Made by a program: the position numbers and the translations under genes
Part shown: piece by piece, positions 39,625 to 49,475 of the stretch
Numbering within the stretch: position 1 is the stretch's first letter
How the letters are laid out: each line of letters opens with the position of its first letter
The notes under the pieces: model-generated
What the model saw: the letters and a program-made list of their open reading frames with translations, nothing else
Told to the model about the DNA's origin: nothing
Databases searched by the model: none
Assembly (NCBI GenBank): GCA_965227295.1
Contig: OZ245742.1
Location: 4,128,001 to 4,192,000 of the forward strand
Length of the DNA stretch: 64,000 nt
DNA from: Leptonemataceae bacterium
Lineage (GTDB): Bacteria; Spirochaetota; Leptospiria; Leptospirales; Leptonemataceae
Reading direction: 5' to 3'

Positions 39625-41631
39625 TCAAACCACCTCCACCCCATCCACCCGAAACTGCAACCGACTGCGCCCCGCAAAGTAACTCATCTCCAGCGACCCG
39701 TACAAATCAAACCGCCCGCGCGCATCTTTCTCCAGCGCGTCCGCGATCAACTTGCCCTGCCGCCAGGCCACGCACTCCAGATACACCGGCCCGCCGGTTA
39801 TGCTGAACTTCGCGTGCAGGCCCTGCGTCATGTACTTCACTTTCTGTAAGACGGCGCCGGCCACGCGAAACACCGGCTCCGGGTTCCGCGGGCCGAACGG
39901 TTCCAACAGCTCCAGCTCGCGTAAGAGATCGTAGGACAACTGCGCCGGCCGTACTTCAAGATGGTACTCCCGCGAGACGTTGGCCGGGGGCGGGCTCTTA
40001 ACTTCCTGCGATTGCATCTTAACGAAACCGTCCAGCAATGCCGCCTCGAGTTTCGGGATATTGTCGTACTGGATCGAAAATCCCGCCGCCTCCGGGTGCC
40101 CGCCGAACTGAATGAACAACTCCGCCGCCGTCGACAGCAGATCGAGCACGTTCACCCCACCGAAGCTTCGGGCCGAACCGCGGGCATAGTCGCCGTCGGG
40201 ATTCACGTAGACGACCGGTCGCTCGTAACGTTCGGTGAGCCGCGTGGCCACGATACCGGAAACGCCTGGCTCCAGGTCTTTGTGATAACAGAACACCAGC
40301 GGCCGCTCCACCCGCGCCGGGTCTTCGGCAATGAGTCGCGCGACGACGCCTTCGTTGCGGGCCGTGCGTTTCTTGCGTTCTTCGTTGAGTTTTACGAGTT
40401 CCGTGGCCAGCTTGCTCGCCCGCTCGCCGCGCTCCGCCGTCAATAGATCCAGGGCGAGCCGGGTGTTGCCCATGCGGCCGGCGGCATTCAACGCGGGACC
40501 AATGCTCCAGCCGAGGTCCCGACTCACGATGCGATCCTCCGGCAATCCCAGCGCGCGAATCAACGCGGCGTAACCCGGAATGTACGGACGCCGGCCGTTG
40601 CGAAAGCCGGCCAGGCCGATGCCCAGGCGCACGAGCGCGCGGTTCTCGCCGACCAACGGGACCATGTCCGTCATGATGCCGACGGCCGCCAGGTCGGCAA
40701 TGCGGCCGACGAAGTCGAGCAAGCGCCGCCGGTTCAGGATGATGCGCGTGAGCAGCAGTTTGCCCGCCGCGTGCGGATCATCCATAAAGCGAGCGCGCTC
40801 CCCCGGCCGCGGACAATACGCCGCTTCGTCCTTGAGATTGCACCATTCCCACTGCGGAATCGCCGCCTGGCCCGCGGCAAGATCCGTGAAACGTCCCAGG
40901 AAACAACCGCAGCGATACGCGAGCACGGCCGTCTCATCTTCCTGTTCCGTAAGATAGTAGACCCGTTGCCATTCCCGCGTATGCGCCAGGGCGTAGCCCA
41001 GGAGCAGCTTAAAGACCAGGCCGACCGTGGCGATCTTGCCCTCGTGCTCCAGAGAACCGACGCTCTCCGGATCCCGCATGGGATTCACGAAGGCACAGCG
41101 CTCCGGATCCGGCACGCGGTCGTGCAACTGGTGGTGATCGAGAATGATGACGGCCTTGCCGCGCTTGACCAGGGTCTCCACCTCGGGACCGTGGGAAGAC
41201 CCCATGTCCAGCAGGATGACCACATCGGCCTGACCGTCGCGGATGTCTTCGAACAGCCGGCCGGAGAGACCGTAGTCGTCGCCTTCATCGGAGACGCGCA
41301 GGTCGAGCTTTGGAGGGTCGTGCATTTCTTTCAGGAAATTGCCGAGCAACGCCGTCGACGAAACGCCGTCCACATCGCGGTCGCCCAGTACCAGAATGGA
41401 CTGCCCGTCCTCGATGGCCCGGCCGAGCACGTCCACGGCCTCCTCCAGGCCGGGGATCAACAGCGGGGAATGGAAACCCGGCTCCGGGCTGAAAAAGTCC
41501 TCCGGGTCCTGGCGGGCGGCAGCGTAGTCCGGATGCCGGACGATCTCTCGCAACGTCGGCGGGACGTGTCGGGGAAAATCCGTTCCGGACGGCGGATCGA
41601 TGGAGGGGCTGGACGCCGTAGACAATGACAT
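39625..41631 (-). CDS. recJ: single-stranded-DNA-specific exonuclease
   Basis: GDRDVDG, LDMGS, DHH, DMVPL.GENR, LNAAGRM, RGSARS, GGHPEAAG, LEPFG..NPEP. Confidence 0.93.
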   Translation of the reverse strand: MSLSTASSPSIDPPSGTDFPRHVPPTLREIVRHPDYAAARQDPEDFFSPEPGFHSPLLIPGLEEAVDVLGRAIEDGQSILVLGDRDVDGVSSTALLGNFLKEMHDPPKLDLRVSDEGDDYGLSGRLFEDIRDGQADVVILLDMGSSHGPEVETLVKRGKAVIILDHHQLHDRVPDPERCAFVNPMRDPESVGSLEHEGKIATVGLVFKLLLGYALAHTREWQRVYYLTEQEDETAVLAYRCGCFLGRFTDLAAGQAAIPQWEWCNLKDEAAYCPRPGERARFMDDPHAAGKLLLTRIILNRRRLLDFVGRIADLAAVGIMTDMVPLVGENRALVRLGIGLAGFRNGRRPYIPGYAALIRALGLPEDRIVSRDLGWSIGPALNAAGRMGNTRLALDLLTAERGERASKLATELVKLNEERKKRTARNEGVVARLIAEDPARVERPLVFCYHKDLEPGVSGIVATRLTERYERPVVYVNPDGDYARGSARSFGGVNVLDLLSTAAELFIQFGGHPEAAGFSIQYDNIPKLEAALLDGFVKMQSQEVKSPPPANVSREYHLEVRPAQLSYDLLRELELLEPFGPRNPEPVFRVAGAVLQKVKYMTQGLHAKFSITGGPVYLECVAWRQGKLIADALEKDARGRFDLYGSLEMSYFAGRSRLQFRVDGVEVV

Positions 41632-41679
41632 GTCCCGATAATGACAGATTATGTCCGGTTTACAAGCACGAAACCATAT

Positions 41680-42048
41680 TCAGCGCCCCGCCGGTCGCCG
41701 AAATTCCTCGGTGAACAGGGACGGCCGCTTTTCGCCGGGAGGAAGGGCATCGCTCACGGGATCGTAGAATCGCGGCGCCCGGGACAATCGCCGGGGAACG
41801 GTCATGTACCGCGTGGAAAGATCGCCGAACTCGCGGTAAAAGAGGCGGTCGACAAACATAAGCAGGCCGAAGAAGCCGTGGTCCCGGACGGCGTGACCGG
41901 CGTAGGCCGCGCACGAAGGATACATGGGACAGCGCGGCCCGTCGATGTGCGTGCCGGTCTCCCGGTGCTGCTCGATGATGACATCCAGGGGCGCGGAAAT
42001 CATACTGGCACAGTTCGCCAGCGTGAGTACCGATATACTGAGTAACAT
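41680..42048 (-). CDS. YidD-like protein with N-terminal lipoprotein signal
   Basis: CPMYPSCAAY..AV..HG...GL....DRL and YDPV; signal LLSISVLTLANC. Start ATG 42048 or GTG 42057. Confidence 0.75.
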   Translation of the reverse strand: MLLSISVLTLANCASMISAPLDVIIEQHRETGTHIDGPRCPMYPSCAAYAGHAVRDHGFFGLLMFVDRLFYREFGDLSTRYMTVPRRLSRAPRFYDPVSDALPPGEKRPSLFTEEFRRPAGR

Positions 42049-42099
42049 CCGCCGCACCGACGCAGCCTGCGGACGGATGCAGGATACGCAAGGCTTTTC

Positions 42100-44064
42100 A
42101 TGAGATACTGGAATCAGGAGCGAGTGGATGAGTTCATGCAGAACGTCGCCACCGGTTTTCAGTCGCGGAGCCTGGCCGATGTCGCCGTGGACCTGGGCGT
42201 GGTGCTCGCCGTCGTGATTCTGTACTTCGTGGTCTTTCGCGTGGTGCAAAACCGTTTGCGGCGCTCGCGCGAAGAACGCAGCCGCGACGCCTTTGCCGGC
42301 CAGGCCGTAAAGCTAAAGCTCACGCCGCGCGAGCGGTCCCTGCTCCACGAACTCTCCGAATTCCTGGACCGCCCCGACGAGGAACTGCATCTGCTCTTGA
42401 GCGACCGCGATCGCTTTCGCCGGACGTCGGAACTCCTGCGGGCTACGACCGACGACCCGGAACGTTACGGTCGGGACCTGCTGGCCCTGGGAGTCCGCCT
42501 GGGCTTTCATCGCCGCGACGCCGGCCACATCCTGCGATCCAGCAGCGATCTGCCCGAGGGCACCCTGCTCTTCGGAAACGATGGCGAGCCGCTGCTCCGC
42601 GTCGCCCGGGTCGAGCCCGGTCACATTTCCGCGCGCCTCATCGACGCAAATCGTTTCGAAGAATTTGCACAAGCTTCCGGCGGCGAACTGGAGTTCGTTG
42701 TGAAACGTTCGGAAGGCCTCTATTCCCTGCGCACGACCTGGCTCGGCCGTGATCCGCATCATGAAGATCGCATCATCCTCGAACACCGCCAGGACCATAA
42801 CCTGAAGCGGCGCCAGTTGCGCCGCTACGTACGCCGGGAGCTCGGCGTGCCCGTAGAATGGAACGGAATTCCCGGGCGCACGGTGGACCTCGGCGGCGGC
42901 GGCGCGCGCATCCGGCTGGACCGCAGTGCCGGTGCCGACAAAGCTGACGACGGGCGGCTGAAAATCTTCCTCGACGACGGCCACCGACGACCGGTGAGCC
43001 TGGACTGCGAGGCCCGGGTCGTCGCCGTAACTTCTGATCATATGCACTTAGAGTTCACCCGCATTCGCGAAGCCGATCGCGATCGCATCATCCGGCTCAT
43101 CTTTGGCGACATCCGTCGAGAACGCAACGAACGGAGTCGCGGCGACGGTGTCATCGCCGTGCTGTTGTTCGGCCTCGCGTGTGCGTTCATCGCCGTACCG
43201 TCGCAGTCGGCCCACGGCCAATCGCCGGAAATTCGTCGCGGTCTGAGCGGGGAAGCCCTGGGCGATTACTACTACGACCGCGAAGAGTTCGATCTCGCGC
43301 GCATCGAGTACGAACGCGGCATGCTGCGCGGCGGGGCCCGGGAAAACGAGTATCGGGCGAAGCTCGGCCTGAGCCTCATGCGTGAGCATCGTTTTCGCGA
43401 CTCCCTTCCGATCATGAACGACGGCCGGGACTTCAGTCATCTGTACTTGAGTATGTTCGCCTCGTTTCGCGCGGGCTGGGCCTTCCAGGGTTTGTCGAAG
43501 CAGGCGCTGATCCTGGATTCGAATGCCTTTTCGGAAGAGCAGAAGGACCAGGCGCGACTGCTCGGCGGCACGGTCTACCTTGAAGAGGGCGACTACGAAA
43601 AATCGCGCCGGTACTATACGCAATTGCAACGAGACTCAAACATTGAACTCGTGCGCCTGAAAGCCGGCGAACTGCTGACGGCCCTCGATGAGTACGAGTC
43701 GCTGGATCAGAAATCGCCCTGGCTCGCCGGGACTTTCTCGGCAGTGCTGCCGGGTTCGGGACAAATCTACGCCGGTCATTACGCCGACGGGGCCACCGCG
43801 TTTTTCTTCAACGCCATGTTCCTGGGTTCCGCCGTGGTGATGTACGACCTGGAGAATCGCGCGGGCAGCGGTCACGTCGCCTCGGGCATCTTCGGCGTGG
43901 TGGGCCTCATGTTTTATCTGGCCAACGTCGGTGGTGCCTACCAGACCGCGGTCCGCTATAATGTGTATCAGGAACGCAAGTTTCACGAGGACATTCGGGA
44001 CTCGTTTTTTCATCTGGACTATATCCAGAAAACCAGTGGAGTGTCCTTTCAGACGAACTTTTAG
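42100..44064 (+). CDS. PilZ-domain membrane protein fused to TPR/TM2-like envelope domain
   Basis: TM; RRYVR and DLGGGGARI (PilZ); second hydrophobic segment; TPR-like helices; KSPWLAGTFSAVLPGSGQIYAG. Confidence 0.75.
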   Translation: MRYWNQERVDEFMQNVATGFQSRSLADVAVDLGVVLAVVILYFVVFRVVQNRLRRSREERSRDAFAGQAVKLKLTPRERSLLHELSEFLDRPDEELHLLLSDRDRFRRTSELLRATTDDPERYGRDLLALGVRLGFHRRDAGHILRSSSDLPEGTLLFGNDGEPLLRVARVEPGHISARLIDANRFEEFAQASGGELEFVVKRSEGLYSLRTTWLGRDPHHEDRIILEHRQDHNLKRRQLRRYVRRELGVPVEWNGIPGRTVDLGGGGARIRLDRSAGADKADDGRLKIFLDDGHRRPVSLDCEARVVAVTSDHMHLEFTRIREADRDRIIRLIFGDIRRERNERSRGDGVIAVLLFGLACAFIAVPSQSAHGQSPEIRRGLSGEALGDYYYDREEFDLARIEYERGMLRGGARENEYRAKLGLSLMREHRFRDSLPIMNDGRDFSHLYLSMFASFRAGWAFQGLSKQALILDSNAFSEEQKDQARLLGGTVYLEEGDYEKSRRYYTQLQRDSNIELVRLKAGELLTALDEYESLDQKSPWLAGTFSAVLPGSGQIYAGHYADGATAFFFNAMFLGSAVVMYDLENRAGSGHVASGIFGVVGLMFYLANVGGAYQTAVRYNVYQERKFHEDIRDSFFHLDYIQKTSGVSFQTNF

Positions 44065-44077
44065 TGATCTGTGGAGT

Positions 44078-44746
44078 ATGATGATGAACGACCTGGATGT
44101 ACGTGAAATGATTGCGGAGATGTGCCGGAACTTTTATCGCCTGGGCTGGGTCAGCGGCACCGGCGGCGGCATTTCCATTCGGCGCGGAGAACGCGTTTTC
44201 ATGGCGCCCAGCGGCGTCGAGAAAGAGAAGATCCGCCCCGAGGACGTCTTCGTTCTGGATCGTCAGGCCAACGTCCTCGAAACTGCCGCCAATCCGAAGT
44301 TAAAGGTCAGCGAGTGCGCCCCGCTCTTCAACAGCGCCTACGATCTGCGGGACGCCGGCGCCGTCATTCATTCGCACTCCGTGAACGTGGTCCTCGCCAC
44401 CATGCTGGCCGAGCGGCAGCATAGCTTCATCTCCACCCTGGAGTTCACGCAGTTGGAAATGCTGAAGGGCATCGCCGGCCACGGTTTTTACGATACCTTC
44501 GTCCTGCCGGTCATCGACAATACGCCCCACGAATGCGACCTCACCGATTCGCTGCGCGCGGCCATCGAAGAGTTTCCGAAAACGCCGGCGGTGGCCGTAC
44601 GCAATCACGGCATCTACGTCTGGGGTCGCGACGAGGTCCAGGCCAAGACCCAGGCGGAGTGCATCGATTACATCTGCGAAGTCATGGTAAAGATGCGCGG
44701 CCTGGGCGTCGCCGATCATCGCCAGTCCGTACCGGCCGGCGTCTGA
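44078..44746 (+). CDS. mtnB: methylthioribulose-1-phosphate dehydratase (APIP-like)
   Basis: GWVSGTGGGIS, APSGVEKE, SECAPLF, AVIHSHS, EMLKGI, RNHGIYVWG. Start is one of three tandem ATGs. Confidence 0.92.
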   Translation: MMMNDLDVREMIAEMCRNFYRLGWVSGTGGGISIRRGERVFMAPSGVEKEKIRPEDVFVLDRQANVLETAANPKLKVSECAPLFNSAYDLRDAGAVIHSHSVNVVLATMLAERQHSFISTLEFTQLEMLKGIAGHGFYDTFVLPVIDNTPHECDLTDSLRAAIEEFPKTPAVAVRNHGIYVWGRDEVQAKTQAECIDYICEVMVKMRGLGVADHRQSVPAGV

Positions 44747-44758
44747 ACGAGGCGTTGC

Positions 44759-45268
44759 ATGCCGGGGGACCGGGATCATAACGCGGACGAAGAGCGCTGG
44801 CTGGACATCTCCCGGCCGGCAAAGCCACGGCAAACGGATGCGTCGCCGCCGGCCTCCACCCCGCAGTCCGAAACGGTCGTCCGCAATCCGTACGCGAGTG
44901 CGACGCCGGCTCCCGCGGCTTCCGGTTCTGTAGGCCCGCGGGACGCGCGGGTGAATCAACTCGCGATTGTCTACATTGTGATGCAGATCATCGGTTCGGC
45001 TCTGGCCGGTTTGATTCTCTACGTCGGCATGATCAACGAGAACGCGTCCACGTCGGAGTTCGTGGCGATCGGCATTGTCGGCGGCCTGCTGCAATTACCC
45101 GGTATCGCCGGCATCGTCGGTCTCATGCGTCGCCGCGTCTGGGCTCGTTACTTTATGATTGTCTGGGGTGTCCTGTGGATGGCCGGTTTTATGCCGATCG
45201 GCCTTTTGATCGGCGGCTATACGATCTGGTTGTTGACGCGACCGGAGATTGCGGCGGAGTTTTCGTAA
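44759..45268 (+). CDS. hypothetical membrane protein
   Basis: Pro/Ser-rich N-terminus with NPYAS, then about 4 TM helices. Confidence 0.7.
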   Translation: MPGDRDHNADEERWLDISRPAKPRQTDASPPASTPQSETVVRNPYASATPAPAASGSVGPRDARVNQLAIVYIVMQIIGSALAGLILYVGMINENASTSEFVAIGIVGGLLQLPGIAGIVGLMRRRVWARYFMIVWGVLWMAGFMPIGLLIGGYTIWLLTRPEIAAEFS

Positions 45269-45543
45269 CGGTTCTGTGGTAGATTGCAGCGTTTTACCGC
45301 AGAGGCGCAAAGATTCTGCTGTGGTATCGTTCGTTCATCAGTTTGAGCGCCGACGATCCGGTCCGGGATGCGAGTGTGTTCTCGAAAAATCGCGACCACC
45401 GCCGCATGATCGCCAATACTAACTTGCGAAAGGTAAGCGTTAGGGCTGCGCAGGGTGCCGCGCAGCGGCAGTCCGGAGCGCGAAATCCGTTTGGAGTGCC
45501 GCTCTATGCATATGCGGGCTCGATATGATCATTTTCTCAACGA

Positions 45544-46689
45544 TCACTCCCCATCCGCCGCATAAATCTTCTCAATCTTTCGCGCGATGCCGCTGACCAC
45601 GCGCTCTTCCAGTTCGTCTCGCGGCACCCAGGCCCATTCGCACTGCTCGCCCGCCGCCGCGCTTAACTTCCGCAAAGCCGTTAGTACCGGTCCTGGCGCC
45701 GTGTCGATCACACCATCCCACACCCGGCCCTCTATGCGATGATGGGTGATCGTATGTTTGAATCCCTTCGATAACGCGCGCAATTCCCGCAACTCCACTA
45801 TCTCCGCAAACGGTCGACCCCGCCCGCGCAATCCCACGGCCGCCGAAGGTTCGAAGTACACCCCGTCGCCGCCGAACCGGTACGGAAAGAACCACAGGTT
45901 CCGGAAAAAACGCGACTCCGGTTCGCGCAGAATCAACAACCGTTCGCGCTTGCGATCGTGCATGAGATAGACGTCCAGAAGCAGGTCCACCACTTCGGCC
46001 TTAACTTTCTTTCGTGGAATCTTAGCGGCCAGCTCCGGCCCGCCGCGCGCGAACGTCACACACGTCTCCCGCAGCGGACACGCGTCGCAGTTCGGCCGCC
46101 CGGGAATGCAGACCGTCGCGCCGAGTTCCATCATGGCCTGGTTGTGATCGCCGGGTGAAGCCTCGCCGCGCCGGTCCATGGCCTGCCGGGCCAGTTCACG
46201 CAGTTCTTTTTCCCCGGCCTCCGGCAGATGCAACAACCGTGAGAGGACGCGCTTTACGTTGCCGTCGAAGGCCGCATGGGGTTCATCGTAGGCGATACTC
46301 AGCACCGCCGCCGCCGTGTACGGGCCCACGCCCTTGAGTCTTAACGCCGATGCGAGGTCCCGCGGGAAGACACCGTCGTGTTCGTGCATGACCTGCTGCG
46401 CGCCCAGACGCAGATTGCGCGCGCGACTGTAGTACCCCAACCCACGCCAGGCCGCGAGCACGTCCTCTTCTTTCGATGCGGCCAGGCTCGGTAGATCGGG
46501 AAAGCGCGCGGTGAATTCCTCGTAGCGCGGTAACATCGCCGCAACGCGAGTTTGTTGCAGCATGACCTCGGACACCCAGATCGCATACGGATCTTTCGTG
46601 CGACGGAACGGTAGATCGCGATGGTGTTTACGATACCAGGACAGCAGCGGGGCCAGGGATGATTCACTCAGCGTGTTTCGCGCGGGCAT
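45544..46689 (-). CDS. mutY: A/G-specific adenine glycosylase
   Basis: WVSEVMLQQT, WRGLGYYSRARN, GVGPYTA, DGNVKRV, C-x6-C-x2-C-x5-C. Confidence 0.95.
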   Translation of the reverse strand: MPARNTLSESSLAPLLSWYRKHHRDLPFRRTKDPYAIWVSEVMLQQTRVAAMLPRYEEFTARFPDLPSLAASKEEDVLAAWRGLGYYSRARNLRLGAQQVMHEHDGVFPRDLASALRLKGVGPYTAAAVLSIAYDEPHAAFDGNVKRVLSRLLHLPEAGEKELRELARQAMDRRGEASPGDHNQAMMELGATVCIPGRPNCDACPLRETCVTFARGGPELAAKIPRKKVKAEVVDLLLDVYLMHDRKRERLLILREPESRFFRNLWFFPYRFGGDGVYFEPSAAVGLRGRGRPFAEIVELRELRALSKGFKHTITHHRIEGRVWDGVIDTAPGPVLTALRKLSAAAGEQCEWAWVPRDELEERVVSGIARKIEKIYAADGE

Positions 46690-47641
46690 ATTCGATGTTA
46701 CGTTTCCATTGTTCCAGTTTCACGCGACGAAAGGCACTCCCGCGGCTCAGGGCTTCCCACTCGTCCGCATGGTTCAACTCAGCGTCTCGCATGAGTCGCG
46801 CGGTCTCTGCGCGCAGTACGAAGGCCCGCTCCTGCGTCTGCAAATCCCGCGCGCGGCGATTGCGATTGTACGGGCACACCTCCTGGCAGATGTCGCAGCC
46901 GAAGGCCCAGTTCTCGAAGTCCGGCGAACGAGCGGCGTTTTCCGGGCCGAGGTGTTCGTCTTCGCCGGGCGATCCCGTCGCGCTCTCGATCGTAACATAC
47001 GAAATACAACGCCGGGCATCCATTCGATACGGTGTGAGCGCGTCGGTAGGACACGCATCGATGCACAGCGTGCAGCTTCCGCAAAGATCGTTTACAGGTA
47101 CGCCCGGGCTGCATCTCCGGTTCAGTAAGAGTACGCTCAGGAAAAAATAAGAACCGAGCTCCGGATGAATCAAATTCGTGTGTTTGCCCTGCCAGCCCAG
47201 ACCGGCCTCCCGGGCGAGTACTTTCTCCGGCACCGGTGCCGAATCCACCACGATGCGTCCGTCGAGGTCCCCGTCCAGTTCCTGAAGGGCGGCGAGCAGG
47301 CGCGTACCTTTCTTGCGCAGAACTTTATGATAGTCGCGTCCGCCGGCGTAGCGCGCTAACTTAACTTTTGCGGAACTCAGCGCGCGTTCGTGTTCCTGAT
47401 CCCGATAGTAGACGGCAAGGACCAATGCCGTGGCGGCCCCGGGAAAAAGCTGCGCCGGGTCCTCCCGCAAATGCAGATGGCGTTCAAACCAGGTCATACT
47501 GCCGTGCCGGCCCGCGTCTACAAAAGCGCGCAGGTTCTCGCGATCTCCGTCGGGAATGCGCAGGGACGCGAAGCCGGCCAGGTCGTAGCCGTGTTCCAGC
47601 GCGACGCGTCGCGCCGCATCTTCGAAGGGTTCCGGCGTCAT
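46664..47641 (-). CDS. queG: tRNA epoxyqueuosine(34) reductase
   Basis: ARYA.GRDYH, VDSAPV.EK, GLGWQGK, CGSCTLCIDACPT, CISY.TIE, FGCDICQEVCP. Confidence 0.95.
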   Translation of the reverse strand: MTPEPFEDAARRVALEHGYDLAGFASLRIPDGDRENLRAFVDAGRHGSMTWFERHLHLREDPAQLFPGAATALVLAVYYRDQEHERALSSAKVKLARYAGGRDYHKVLRKKGTRLLAALQELDGDLDGRIVVDSAPVPEKVLAREAGLGWQGKHTNLIHPELGSYFFLSVLLLNRRCSPGVPVNDLCGSCTLCIDACPTDALTPYRMDARRCISYVTIESATGSPGEDEHLGPENAARSPDFENWAFGCDICQEVCPYNRNRRARDLQTQERAFVLRAETARLMRDAELNHADEWEALSRGSAFRRVKLEQWKRNIEYARAKHAE

Positions 47642-47667
47642 ACAATGCAAGCGGGTGTGAAAAAGGA

Positions 47668-48276
47668 TCAGGCGTTAGCCGGAGTCGGGTGCTCTTCGGC
47701 GAAGCGTGCGAGTTGCCGGCGCACCTCGTCCGGAATGGTAATGAACTGCACGCCGGTTTCGTAAAGTTTGCGCCCGTCTTCCATGGAACGACACCACTTC
47801 ACGGTTCCCTGACAGCTCACGCGAATGCCCGGCTCGCTGAGATAAAAATCCAGGCTGATCAACTCGCCGCGCGCCAGGTCACGATACGCCAGCATGCGCA
47901 TGCCGTCTTCGCTGATGTCGAGCAACTCCGCCTGGAAGCGCCCGACCTCGGTCCACAGCGTATAGTGCATGGGCGTGTGGATGTCAGTGCGGACGGTGCG
48001 GCGCACCCGACGACGTTCGAAGCTTGCGGGCTTGTCCAGGAAAACCTCACCGCGCGCGCCGATGCGATTGACGACGGTAACCGCTTCGAAGGCGAACCGA
48101 TCGAGGACGAACTCCAGCACGACGCGTCGCCCGGGCTCGAAATTTTCCTGGGCGGTGTCGGAGGTCTCGAACCGCAGGAAGCGGCTGTCAATGTCGCTCA
48201 GCCGTACGGTAAAGCGCGGCTCCCCCGGCAGATCCTGGAGCGTCAGGTTCGCAAAGAAGTCACCGGGTTCGGGCAT
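47668..48276 (-). CDS. PilZ domain (YcgR-like) c-di-GMP-binding protein
   Basis: RRTVR and DISEDG motifs; GTVKWC; GVQF. Confidence 0.85.
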   Translation of the reverse strand: MPEPGDFFANLTLQDLPGEPRFTVRLSDIDSRFLRFETSDTAQENFEPGRRVVLEFVLDRFAFEAVTVVNRIGARGEVFLDKPASFERRRVRRTVRTDIHTPMHYTLWTEVGRFQAELLDISEDGMRMLAYRDLARGELISLDFYLSEPGIRVSCQGTVKWCRSMEDGRKLYETGVQFITIPDEVRRQLARFAEEHPTPANA

Positions 48277-48407
48277 AACGAAAGCAGGCTGGAAAAGGCG
48301 AATATCGACAAGAAAATTTCCGCGACGCGCAGGAAAAGACCGACACCCGACCGGCGACGACGGTGCAGGTAGTATCAGCGATATTATTGATATGCCTACC
48401 TGTTGCG

Positions 48408-49475
48408 CTACGAAGGATTCATGGCCGGAAGCTCCGCGGCGATCTCAAGCAAGCGCGATTGGTACCGCGTAAGCCCGGCCGGCCGCGCGGCCGGGTGTCG
48501 CGCCAGGTATTGAAAATCGGAGCGGTTCGGGTAAAACTGGCGGCGGCGCGTGAAGCCTTCCGGGCGCTGCCGGAGCAACTCATCTTCCAACGGCTGGAAG
48601 GTCAACGCATCGAGCTCGTACTCCGGCTCCGGCAAATCGGGAACCAGGTTCGGGTCCGCGCCCAACCAACGACAGAAATTCCGCGCCAGGACGACACTGC
48701 CTCCGGCCCGGGCGCTGTAGTGGTAACCGGCGACGTGGGGCGTGACGAGGCGTGGGCCTTCCAGCCAGGCCGGCGGCGGCGGCTCCTCCGGAAAGACGTC
48801 CATAACGCATTTGCGACGTGCGCAACAAAATTCGTAAGCTTCCGCTGAGAAGATCTTACCGCGGGCCGTGTTAATGACGGCGGTGTGAGCGGGGACGTTC
48901 GCCAGGTATGCTTCATCCACCATGCGCAGCGTAGCATGCGGGTCGATTTTCGTGAGCGGGACGTGAAAGCTGATCACGTCCGCGCCGGCCGCGGCGGCAC
49001 TCGCGTCTGCGGCCCCGCCGGGAACGTACGGGTCATAGTAACGATAGCGCACTCCCAGTGCTTCGAGGTACGCGCTCAGTCGCCGGCCGATGCGACCGTA
49101 GCCGATGATCGCCATACACCAGTCGCTCTCATGGAGTCGTTCAGGCTTCAGCAACACCGGTAAAGCCGCGAGAACATACTGGGCCACCGAGTCGGCATTC
49201 ATTCCGGGCGTGTGCAGAAACGGAACACCGCAGCCTGCCAGGGCCTCAAGGTCCACGTGATCCGTACCGGTGGACACCGAAGCGAAGGCACCGATGCGGC
49301 CGTTCAGATCGCCGAAGACGTCCGCACGAATGGGAACGGAGGTGGGCAGAACCAGAAGCGCCGGTTCCCGGCTCAGCCAGGCGGCGGCCTGCTCGCGCAA
49401 CGCTTCACCGGAACGTGCGGCGAGATCATAGCTTTCGTAACGCAGGCCGAGACGTCGGCACAGCGGTTCCCACAC
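48408..49475 (-). CDS. pdxB: erythronate-4-phosphate dehydrogenase-like (true start probably upstream)
   Basis: STGTDHVD, PGMNADSVAQY, GYGRIG, SFHVPLT, INTARG, DVFPEEP, TPHVAG. Confidence 0.8.
   Translation of the reverse strand: MWEPLCRRLGLRYESYDLAARSGEALREQAAAWLSREPALLVLPTSVPIRADVFGDLNGRIGAFASVSTGTDHVDLEALAGCGVPFLHTPGMNADSVAQYVLAALPVLLKPERLHESDWCMAIIGYGRIGRRLSAYLEALGVRYRYYDPYVPGGAADASAAAAGADVISFHVPLTKIDPHATLRMVDEAYLANVPAHTAVINTARGKIFSAEAYEFCCARRKCVMDVFPEEPPPPAWLEGPRLVTPHVAGYHYSARAGGSVVLARNFCRWLGADPNLVPDLPEPEYELDALTFQPLEDELLRQRPEGFTRRRQFYPNRSDFQYLARHPAARPAGLTRYQSRLLEIAAELPAMNPS

Noticed and set aside
39333..39806. Intact 157-aa gene
   Set aside because: Only the first ~95 codons look SIR2-like. 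The rest is antisense read-through into recJ, and the upstream motifs are in other frames.
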